Origin: Epiperipatus broadwayi
Taxonomy: Eukaryota > Animalia > Onychophora
Reading direction: 5' to 3'
Assembly (NCBI GenBank): GCA_028023455.1
Contig: JAQFVV010000001.1
Coordinates: 16,802,001 to 16,866,000, forward strand
Length of the DNA stretch: 64,000 bases
The translations under genes and the position numbers were made by a program. The notes beneath the pieces were generated by a model that saw nothing but the letters and a program-made list of their open reading frames with translations, was not told where the DNA came from and did no database searches. Every line of letters begins with the position of its first letter. Within the stretch, counting starts at the first letter, position 1. Below, one piece after another: positions 53,101-64,000 of this stretch.

Positions 53101-56100
53101 ATAGGAATAGGTATTCTTACAGACTATAAATATTGTCATAACTAAGTTATCAGGGGAGATTAATAATGTATTGAAACCGGAGAAAGGTAAATTATAACTA
53201 TCAAAAGATAGTATTTTAAATTTTTTTATTTTAGTCAATTTTTTTTAGTACTTTCTCATAATTTATTTGAAAAAAAAACTAATTGATAATTTTTAACAGT
53301 AACTTGAAAAAAAAAGAGAGTGTAAACTAAAAAATATTTTAATAATTTCGTTTAACATGCTTTGTTAAATTTTTTAAAGTTCCTTTATCAATCGTATTTT
53401 ATCTAAAAGTTTAACCTAAACTTCGCAATAAAAAATGGATATACGGTGGAATAAAATGGATAGAAATTATAATACTGTAAAAATGTTTGAAATATTTATT
53501 GATACAGTTTTATTAATATTTCACTGAAGAACTGTTTTGGTACATAAAAACCACAGCTCGGACATTATACGGAGTCTAAAAATGTATTGAAATGTATTAT
53601 TTATAGGCTGATCCAAGATTTGTTTTTAAATAGTAATAAGACAATTATATTTCATGGATTATTTTATATAATATGATATTCAAAGGAGTAAAATGTTATA
53701 TCCTTTCTGAAGGTAACATTTTTTTTTATTTTAAAATGATATATAAAAAATACCAAATGAAAGTTTAAATGTATCAAAAAGGAAACAGAGATAAAGAAGT
53801 GAACACATAGATGAATAAAAAAAATGGATCCATGGAAATACAAATAGTACTTAAAAGTTTATCGAATATTTTAAAGTTAAATTAGATGGATTGATGCATC
53901 GGATATGCAGAGAATATTGGTAGAGAAGATTAAGAAGCTTCACTGGATTAATTAATATTATGATTTAATAATTATCGTCCTAAAAACTAAGACCAAGGAT
54001 TATTTTCTAAATTTTACTAAATGGATTAATAATTATTTTTGTTTTAAACTTTAACGCGCTTGGAGAACATTTTTGGAAAACTCTAGAGAAAATAATAAGC
54101 ATTTTGGATTTATCAGGAACTATCGTCAAGAAAATATGTAACTATAGTTTTGATTCTTTTTATTTTGTTAACCTAGTTTAAATCTAAATTTTTATATAAG
54201 ATTAGGAAAAACATAAAAACATTAATTTATTAATATTAAAATTTTATAATATAATAATCTAATAATTTAGCTAAAAATATTTTAATATAAAGTGTATGGG
54301 TGTGATTTTTTTTTTTATATCTGCATTGCTCAAGTGGACAAAGGAAGCCTACTGAACACGATGACTAGATAAAGGTTATTGGTAATAATAATAACTATTG
54401 ATAATTTATAATGTATATTTTTTTGTTTTCTTTAGATCATCCATAAATTGGAAGAATGAAGTGTAAAAGTTTTTTTTACTTATATGTAAACGCATTTTTA
54501 TACAACATTTTAAAAAAACATTATGAGATAGGATTGATTTGAAAATATGCATACGACAATTTTTTTTATTAGTGATATAATCCAACATAACAAATAATTA
54601 TGTGATTCTTTTAAAATGTTCATGTTATGGGATATTCAAATATTGTCTAAGTAGATTGTATATGATTAAACATACAGAGCAATGAAGTAAGCAATTTTTC
54701 TTATGGGATAGTAAGATTGTTTAACTATTAATAAATTTTATTTATTGTTTTGTAAATGCAGATAGTTATTTATCGATGTAGGATGTAGAAAAATCTTGAG
54801 AAATAATGTTGAGATAGTGGCTTGGAAGTACTATAGTTAGCAGGAAACCAAGATGATGTATATTTAAAATAGGATATGATAAGGAATGGGAATAATATTT
54901 AGTCTTTATGTGGTTATCAGCATAGTTAACAAAGCCCTATTACTGATACACATTTTATTTGGACAGTGTTTATATTACTTTAAATATTTGATGTTCTAAT
55001 AAAGCTGAAGAAATAGATTTAACATCGTCCATGTACTAGAGGATATTAGGCAGATAAATGTCCTACCTTTTCGCACTGTACCATGATTTTGAGATATGTT
55101 AAGAGTAATACTCTAGCTTTCTTCCTTAATCCTATGCATCTGTTTTCACTATCTTTATTTCATGTAACTGCATCGTTTAGTAAGATATTTTAAAGGAAAT
55201 GATAAATAATTTAGAACTAAGGTTATGCTATCGTTTTTGGATAAGATTAGTTTATTTGCTTATAAGGAGCAGAATATTATAACTTAAAATTGAAGATCCA
55301 AAGTATCCTAAGGAAAGAAAAGAATCATAGAATATATTTTGAATTTTATTTCGGAAATGAAATATAAACTTTTTTAAAATAAAGTATCTAAACAAAGATA
55401 TTTTCTTTAAAGTGATAATAATTTTAAATGCTTTAGTATTATTTTTTTTTTAAGAAAAAATAAGTATTGCATATTTTAAAAGACAATAGTACAAAGTAAA
55501 TTATGTAAACAATATGCATAGTATATTTTTTATTTATTGATTAACAGAAATATATTGATGATTACACTTATATCATACTAAAGTAAGGCTTAAAGAAGAA
55601 TATATTATGATTAGTAAACATTGTGTGGTAAATACTAAAATCTAGTACTTAATTTTGGATAATATTTTGTGTAACATCTTTGACTTTGCAAGATGAAATT
55701 TTTTTTTAATATTTTGAGAAATCCATACTCATTATAAAATTTTGTTTTCTATGGAATGTTTTTCTAAGTATGAATTTTTAAAATAAGATAGTTTAATAAT
55801 ATTGAGGATAAAATGCTGTTGCTAATAAAGTAGATAAATTTATTTGTAATAAGTTAACCATAATGAGAAACCAAATAGTAACATTTTTTTTTTAATTTTG
55901 TCCTAAATCTAAATAAAATATAATTAAAATATAAATTATTTTTTTTATAACCCGGTAGATCAAACTGTAAAGTAAAAAAAGTTAAGGATATCCACTGTAA
56001 ATAGTGTAAATAAATTGTTGATTTATTTGTTATTAGTAATAAACTTTGTTAAATTTTGTTATTTCAAAAATTTTGTGTCCGAGTTATTTATTTGTCCACA

Positions 56101-59100
56101 TCGCTGCATGAAAACACGATATATGCATAATAATCGAAACAAATATATAATTTTGACAAAAAGATAAATAGAGAATTATTTAAGAATTTAAATATTTTAT
56201 TGGTATTCATTATAATTAAATAATCATAATCTTACATTATTTATTGGTCATAAATCAGTTATCACAATATTATATTAAATTATATGCTATCAGTTGCCAC
56301 ACATATTTTGTTTGTCAGATTATTAAAATGCTACCACATATTTATTATATCATTACATGAAGAATATTATTATTGTTATTTATTATTATTAGTTTAAGTG
56401 TAGTAGATTATGACATAAAATCCCTTCTCATATTTTACTACCGTATTTTAAAATTTACTTAGAATAAATTTTATGAACCTGAGATTATTTTATCGAGCTA
56501 GATTATTATTAAATAGAAGATTAAGATTTAATTATTAGTTTAATCTTAGTGAGTAGACGTTATTAAAGTCGTAAGAATACTATGAGTTTGTTATTTGAAA
56601 TAGTAATAAGGGGGGATAGTGTTCTTATGCCATTGAGGTAGTATCCTGTAGGTTATTGGCTCAGTGTAATCTATCTTGTCACCTGTATTTTCACTTCAAG
56701 TCTCATGAAAATATTAAATATTTATTTAATTTATTTTTATAAACTGAACCTTATTCGTATTTAAAATTTGAGCTAGTGAAATATTTTAATTTTAATACTG
56801 AATATTTTAGTATTAATTATTAACTGAGATAGAACCCGTTTTATTTTATTTCATATATTATCTGGAAGTGAGGATGCACGAGGGCAAGGTCAGAATATAT
56901 ATATAAAATATTCAAGACATGTAAAACACAAAAACATATTACAAAGTTGATTAATAACAAATAATAATTTGTAAATAATAATTAATTTCATGGAATTTGT
57001 TACTGGTCTACTATTTAGAAGTTATTATATATTTAAATATGCATTTTAAAAAAGAATTATTAAATTTAATTTTATTAATCAGAATCATACATTTCTAATT
57101 TGAATAATTGCATATTATATTCATTTGTAGTAATTAAGTTTCAAGGCATATAATTTCTGGGTACTTTGGTATTATTCCTACACTCTGGTGATGTTTTTGT
57201 CTGGTAATGTTCATGATGTTATGGCAACCAAATTCTAGCATGACTAATCCACATCAACTTTGCAAAATGTGGTGACATGTGAGATTTTGTGATATTATTG
57301 TGACTTTATTTTCTATGCAATATAAATGTATCACATTATTTGTAAGTAATTTTTTTTTTTTGTAATTTAAAATACATTTAGGGTAAAAGTTGTTATATTT
57401 GTGGTTTTTTTTGCTAAACTTTATATATATTTACAGTTAAAAGTTGTTATATTTATGTTGTGTGTGTTTTTTTAAAAGTTATTTAAAATATAAGCTTAAA
57501 CTTACAGTTCATCATTTTTTAGGTTAAAAAATAATGGAAATCTAAACTTTTGTTACAGCTTGCCATATAAAAAAATGTTTCAGGGTTCTTTTTAATATTT
57601 CTCCTTTTTCCATAATGAATATTTCACTCTCTATCATTACATGTTTTGTTTTTATTAGATTTGAAGTTTGGTATTACACATGGAATGTGAAGGCATTTAT
57701 GCTGGAAGGAGAAAGGATGGCTTTGATGGCACAAAGTACCATAATAAAGAGGAACAACGTAGCAGTACCCATTTTATTTAGTATCATAATGTCTTTTTTT
57801 CTTTTTCCATAATAAATATATGTCTTCATTATTTTTTTTTACATTTAAATTTTCATATTAAATTACTCCCAGTTAAGTATTAATCTAAGTTTGCAATATG
57901 TTTTAAATAATGCCTTTACAGAATCTGCAGACAAATTTTATCACTTAAGTTTGTCCACACATTCCTTAGAAGGGTTTGTTATTTGAAACATATCGCAAAC
58001 TCAGGAGTAATACATCATTGAAGTAATAGGTCATAGCAAGAATAATACCAAAGTACCAATTTCTAACATTCTATTTGTAATATGTATGTATCTATGCGTT
58101 TTTCAATATATATTAATCTATTTCTCTCTTGAATAGAATCATGCATTTTTAATTTAGCTAATAAATATCATTGCATTGACATATGAAGAGGGCAAATCTC
58201 CAGAGTCACATGATGATGCCCCTTTTTGATTAAAATACTGTAAATTTATGAGATAGTTAAAATGCATTGACAATATGTGGCTATTTATTTATTTATTTTT
58301 ATGCTTGTGTAAAGTTTAATAAATTTCATCAACAAATATTATTAGTGACATTGCAGTAATTGTAATATATGTGACCAAGTAAAAAGATCACAGCCACTCT
58401 CTCCTAACTGCTTAAAGTGCCATCTCTGAATCAATGCATAAATTATGTAATATTTTAGATATTTGCCACTATAATTCAAAGATATTAGTATATATTATAT
58501 ATATACAAATAATAAAAATATATTTTAAGGATTCTTTAAAATATTGTATTGGATAGTTTTTAATATTGTTTAAAGTATATAATTTATAAGTCACTTAATA
58601 AAAACTTGTTAATTTATTACTTATACTACTACTATTTTTAAAAGTGAATAATTTATTGTATTTGTTAATTTTTAATATTGTTTCAAGTAATTTATAAAGC
58701 ACTGTAGAAAAATTGGCTTTTTAAAAATTACTGTTAGTCAACATTTAAAAAAAAATAATAATGAGAAGCTACCACATAAATTTATTTTTATTGATTTATT
58801 GCTGAAATTGAGTAAAGTACCATAAAGCAAAAAATTCATAACGAAAAAATGTTATTTTTTTCAATACTATAAAAAAGTTAGTACTTTAAAATTTATTGTA
58901 AGTTGATACTTTTTAAAATATAAATAGTGGGAGATTACTTCTCACTTCTTTTACTTTTTCTATTTAGCCTACCCTATTAATATCATATTAGTATTAGTAT
59001 TTGTTAAATAATGAAGGTTAATATCTTTAAAAACAGGCAATTATCCACACCATTTAAAAAAATTTTTTTTTACATGTTAATTAAATATATTTTAAACTTA

Positions 59101-59377
59101 CTTTATCATATGAGGATATACACAAAGGAAAATGGTAAAAGTTTATCAAATTCAATAATAATCCCCTTGCTGTACTCATATTATTTTAAAATTTATTTTT
59201 TCATGTGTTAAACATATTTAAATCGACATCTCTAAAAGTTTATCAATTTCATAGTAAAAGTTTATCAAATTCAATAGTAGTTCTCTTGCTGTATCCATGC
59301 TATTTTAAATTTTACTTTAACATATGCTAAGTACATATTTGAATTAAAATCCTAAAAGTTTATCAAATTCATTATTG

Positions 59378-59644
59378 AGATATTATTTTATATAGCACTA
59401 TGTTTTTATACTGTAATAGTGATATTAGCGATTAAGCCAATGCACACACGCTTTAAAGATAAATTATAAATGAATACTCTCACTTTTCCCGACACAAGAT
59501 ATAGTATTTTAGAAAGGATGGAATGAATCCACCCATCCTTTCGACCCAAACATTTATGTATGGGAAAATCTTAAGTGAGAGTATTCATTTATAATTTATC
59601 TTTAAAGCGCATGTGCATTGGCTTAATCGCTAATATCACTATTA
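59378..59644. mobile_element. Fold-back element with 74-bp arms, nested hairpins, 34-bp one-sided extension and 14-bp TSD
   Basis: Arms 59412-59485 / 59573-59646. Inner GAAAGGATGG/CCATCCTTTC. Direct repeat caaattcattattg at 59364-77 / 59645-58. Confidence 0.7.
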
Positions 59645-60059
59645 CAAATTCATTATTGTAACTGATCTAAATTGTCATTAAGTACATGATACAAGTGCAA
59701 TTTAATTAATTTAAAATATATTTACAAAATTAAATTTTACCTTGCTTTATAAAAAGTATACTTTTCATTTAAATATTTTTCCAAATCTGGAATTTTTTAA
59801 TCAGTGCTGCCCTCTTTTTGATTTTTTGTGATATTCTTTGAGAACAATTATGATACAGATTTTCCATGCATTTTTATATTGAAAATTACAAAATTTTTTA
59901 AAACAACTAAAACAAAAATTTAAATGCTAGTAAAATGATATACAAAAAGAGGAAAGAAAATCATGCAAGATTCTTCATGATTGGTGCAATATTTGTTGAG
60001 TTATAAAGTCACGAACAAACAAATAAACAAACTCTCATATAATTTTTTAAAAGAAATTT

Positions 60060-60510
60060 ATTCTATAAATTATATTTGTTGATAAGTTACATTATAAATG
60101 TTCAGATTGATTTGCAGAATGCAGGTCCAGTGATGACCATGTAGACTCCATGATGTATTCTGGGCTATTAAATGATCTCCTTTCTTGATTTTGTTTATTG
60201 TTTTCATGAATATGTAACCTTTAGGATCTTCTGCCTGCTCTATTATTATCTTGCACCTGAGACACCAAAGTATATACTTGAAGAAAATGGAAAGTCTAAT
60301 TGATGCAAAAATACCATGTTCCATACAATTTCTTATGGGTAAGACATTTGTATTTAGGTTCTTTGCCCAATTTGTAATTAATAGTCTGAGAATATTTAAT
60401 CTGGTGCATCTCATGATGATATGGTTAATTGATTCTTCTTCCTTCCCACACATATTAATATCATAATACAGTAGTTGGAAGATTTGCCATAATTTCTTGG
60501 GTTCAAAATA
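60060..60510 (-). mobile_element. 5'-truncated Tx1/L1 3'-end fragment (zf-RVT)
   Basis: MCGKEEESINHIIMRC...ILWCLRCKIII...IKKGDHLI. Similar to 6790-7335. Confidence 0.72.
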
Positions 60511-61262
60511 AAAGTATATGTAAATAATATAAATTATTTATTACTTTACTGATCACAATTATTATCACTATTATTATACTATATTTACCTATAATTATAT
60601 AACTGCAAAAAAAAATAAAAAAAATGCAATGTTAATACAAAAATTTAATTCAAAATTTAGTGAGATATTTGCCTTTGCTTATTTTTTAACAATGTATCCA
60701 TGTAGTACAATTTTAAAAGTGGCCATGTGCAAAGGATGCTGCTATTTTTATTAATTATTTGGGATCTATAGTATGTTTTAGCAAATATTATTTGGAAAAA
60801 AACCATTTATACTTAGTTTTAAAAATAAAAATGAATAAACACATTTTATCAAAGATCATTTTACAATACTTATTTTGAAAATTTATGCAAACCAGATTAC
60901 AAACTTTTGAGGACTGAAGTTGACCCCCAGATTGGAGATTGTCCAAAGCTTGCCTAGAGTAATAATAATTAATAAAATTGTTTTAAAAATCAATATGTAC
61001 TAGAAAAAAATACAAGTAAAGTATACCTGAAAATAATTCTTTCAAATCTAAATAACTAGCATAGTTTTATCAAATGTATTTACAAATGCAAGCACAAGCA
61101 TACATATATTTCTCTGTGACTTATCTCAAAGATAAAATGGAAGATTTAGAGGTTAAGGGTTCCAAAACCTTAAAAGAGAGCATAAACAGGCCATATAATC
61201 AAGACTTTTACAAAGTATACTTACAAATACACACACACATACACAATGTGGTTTACCATAGC

Positions 61263-61265
<3 letters not shown>

Positions 61266-61319
<54 letters not shown>

Positions 61320-61353
61320 AGGGAGGGAGGGAGGGAGGGGGAGAGAGAGAGAG
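61266..61353. repeat. (GA)n-(GGGA)n-(GA)n polypurine tract
   Basis: Read directly. Confidence 0.95.
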
Positions 61354-61560
61354 CTAAAATTCCAGAATCAATTCTAGATACAGTAAAAAAAATGTAATTT
61401 TCATTTGCATTGGATTTTCCCATTTAAGTGCTAATCAGTACATGATTATTTATTCATTTACATATATAAATACATAGCATGTTTTTTATTATGTATAAAA
61501 AATAAATTTTTACATTTAAAAAAAAAAGAATAATATAAAATAATCTAAGTGACATATTAC

Positions 61561-61945
61561 CTGGCATTGGCTTGTTGATCTCCTATATCTAATTTTTTCT
61601 CAGAACACATACTCTGAATTTCATGTACACTATTAGGACGACTAACCATAATACTATTAGGTCTACTAAGTCTTCCTTTTGCTATAACACCATATGTTGG
61701 TTGTACTATTGTTCCACTTACTAAAGGTGTCACAGAAAGTTGATCAGTAGAATCCTGTGTTACTGTTGTCATATTACTACTTCCAGTTAAATAGGAATCC
61801 CGGTATGGATATGTATGAATATTCCTGTGATTGTGTCTATAATTTTGAGGATTTCTGTAATCTGTAGAATGTGTGTGGTGGTAATCCGGGTAATTTGGAT
61901 ATATAATATCATCTAGAATAGGAGTTTCTCTAACTTTGTACATGA
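61561..61945 (-). CDS. Otop: Probable otopetrin N-terminal coding exon (long isoform)
   Basis: 127-codon open frame with acceptor ctttcacag and donor GCCAG|GTAAT, phase 2. It joins in frame as ...QQANAR|ASLFRIFSS. The low-complexity N-terminus has no family motif, so assignment rests on splice phase and position. Confidence 0.65.
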
Positions 61946-62249
61946 CTGTGAAAGATCAAATATTCTAAAAAAAAAAGAGAGGAACTTAATTAAAAATTTA
62001 TTTCATAAAATTTAAATTTCAATTTATACAAGCATATAAACTATATAAGTGTTATAAAACAAAACAAATTGATTTTATAAAATTTACTGTCATTCTTATC
62101 AATTTACTGCAAAATAAAATATTTTCCAAGTTTAATCTAATTTCTCTAACAATTTGTTTACTTCATCCATGTATATTACATGAGGTTTTTTCTAGATTTT
62201 TTTAGAATTTTATAGAATCAGTTTTAAAACTTTAATTGTTCACCTATTG

Positions 62250-63900
62250 CCATTTTATTTAATGACATGTTTAACCCAACTTCACATTAGTTTATTAATT
62301 ATTTTAATAATGCAAGACTCGTTTCTTATTCATATGCTTTACTTTCAATTTCTTATTCCCAACATACATATATTCATACTTAGCAATGTCTTTGTATTAT
62401 TTTAATATTTGTACAAGTTTCAAATATATTAGCTTAGCAACCAATAAAACATAGATATATTTTTTGTTAATATTATTTCTAATAATAATAATATTCTATA
62501 TACGTTTAAATTTATGGTTAATTTTATACAATATGTTGTTATCTTTATCAATAATCTTATCAAGGTATTTATAATTGATAATTTCTAATTCATCAATCTT
62601 TCTTCTTTTTTTGGAAAAATCATAAAACATTATTTTAATATTTTTTAGCATTTATTTTAGTTCCACTTTTTTGCCTTCATCTGACATTTCCTTTAATACT
62701 GAAGAATTAGTTATAAAATCAATCATAGTGTCTGAATAATTTAAATAGCTTAAATAATCTCCATTTATTTTTATTTTCTTAGTTTCCCATTTTAATCCAT
62801 AAAATATCTCAAAACAGTTGTGAAGTATTTTGGAGATATACAATCTCTGTAGTGCTACATTAGTGTTACTACATACTTAACCATACTATTGCATGTTGAT
62901 AAATATTCCTCAGAATTTAACAATATCCTAGTTTGTATTCTTGATATTTCAAATCTTAATTATCTGTAAATCCAATAAAAAATGAAACTCATTCTCATTA
63001 ATCCTTTTTAAAAATTTATTTAAATATTAAAACGTGAAAATCCAGCTTATTTCTTTGGCTGATTTAAGTTGTAAATGAGTTATAATGATTTTAGTAAACA
63101 TGTTGTATTTAAAGAACTGATTAAAATCTGACAATTTTTTAATATCTTTCTTTTTACCTGGCTTGGATACTTCTATCACTGTTTCAATATTTAAAACATC
63201 TGACACACCTATATCATTTATATATTTGCTAATCTTCACTAACAATTTTTCCTTCACAGTTTATTTTAAAATATTCATGATTTCCTTATTTTCTAAAGCT
63301 TTTAGGATTCTTCATAAATTTGATTACATATCTCATTTATTCAGTTAATATACTTGGAGTTTCAATAGATGGGTCATAAATATAAGAACTATTTTGCTTT
63401 CTTAATCTTTATTACTTAGTAGTTATACATTTCATGATGTTATTGTTTTTAGTTCTTTAGTTATACATTTCATGATGTTATTGTTTTTAGTTCTTTGCGG
63501 AATTCTTCCATCCATTTTATGATGCTTATCACTGAAATAAGTTTCCTTCCAATACTAAGGTAATATTTTATATTTTTGAAACTTATTCTATAGCTTTCAT
63601 TTGCCGTTTCATAGTTATATTTATTTATATCATTATGAATTCTTTTCAAAACAATCTACAGAGTTTTAGATATTTGATTCTTCTAATTGGGCCATTTTAA
63701 ATGTTTTTATTTTTTCCTCTTTTGAGATAAAATTGATTTTTTGTACCTGCTATCTGCTAACAATTTTTAAAAGAATATCTTTTTATTGATTTAATTAAAA
63801 TACGAGCCATTTAATCTTATTTGAAGTTGAGTTCTGATTTAAATTCATTGGATATAAAATATTAACTTTTTAAATAGATTTGTTAATCTTGTATTTAGAT
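62250..63900 (-). mobile_element. Decayed RTE LINE fragment, same family as 318-3072
   Basis: LSIGRKLISV..IIKWMEEF, GKKKDIKKLSDFN..MFTKII, and LKWETKKIKINGDYLSYLNYSD...KKVELK. Confidence 0.75.
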
Positions 63901-64000
63901 TTGTAGAGGTCCCTACTGTCGAATTTTAGGCGCATAGTCTTAAGGTTATAGCCTTAATATATATTACTTACGTAATGAGTATGTGCTTTACACATTATTA

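Noticed and set aside
60905-60955. Possible hammerhead remnant CTGAAGT..GAC/GTC..CAAAGCTTG
   Set aside because: A9 and G12 are altered and stem I is poor, so it cannot be distinguished from chance.

Overview
Very AT-rich animal genomic DNA, probably arthropod; there is no prokaryotic content. The only recognisable host gene is an otopetrin (OtopL-type proton channel) on the minus strand. Three in-phase coding exons (61945-61561, 35000-34886, 11644-11377) are separated by introns of about 26.5 kb and 23 kb, and the gene continues beyond the left edge. A probable internal TATA/Inr promoter with two extra exons (38.4-37.25 kb) would give a short-N-terminus isoform. The introns hold decayed RTE and Tx1/L1 LINEs, a Gypsy element, weaker BEL and Copia remnants, a Buster-type hAT MITE and two minimal tRNA-Gly SINEs. 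The most striking pattern is about nine ORF-less fold-back (inverted-repeat) elements, several with 13-17 bp target-site duplications and a one-sided tail. Together with a few Penelope-like ends they carry about 13 type I hammerhead-ribozyme motifs within 14-50 kb. One family has an apparent A3-U8 compensatory catalytic core. All calls were made by eye; no searches or folding programs were run.
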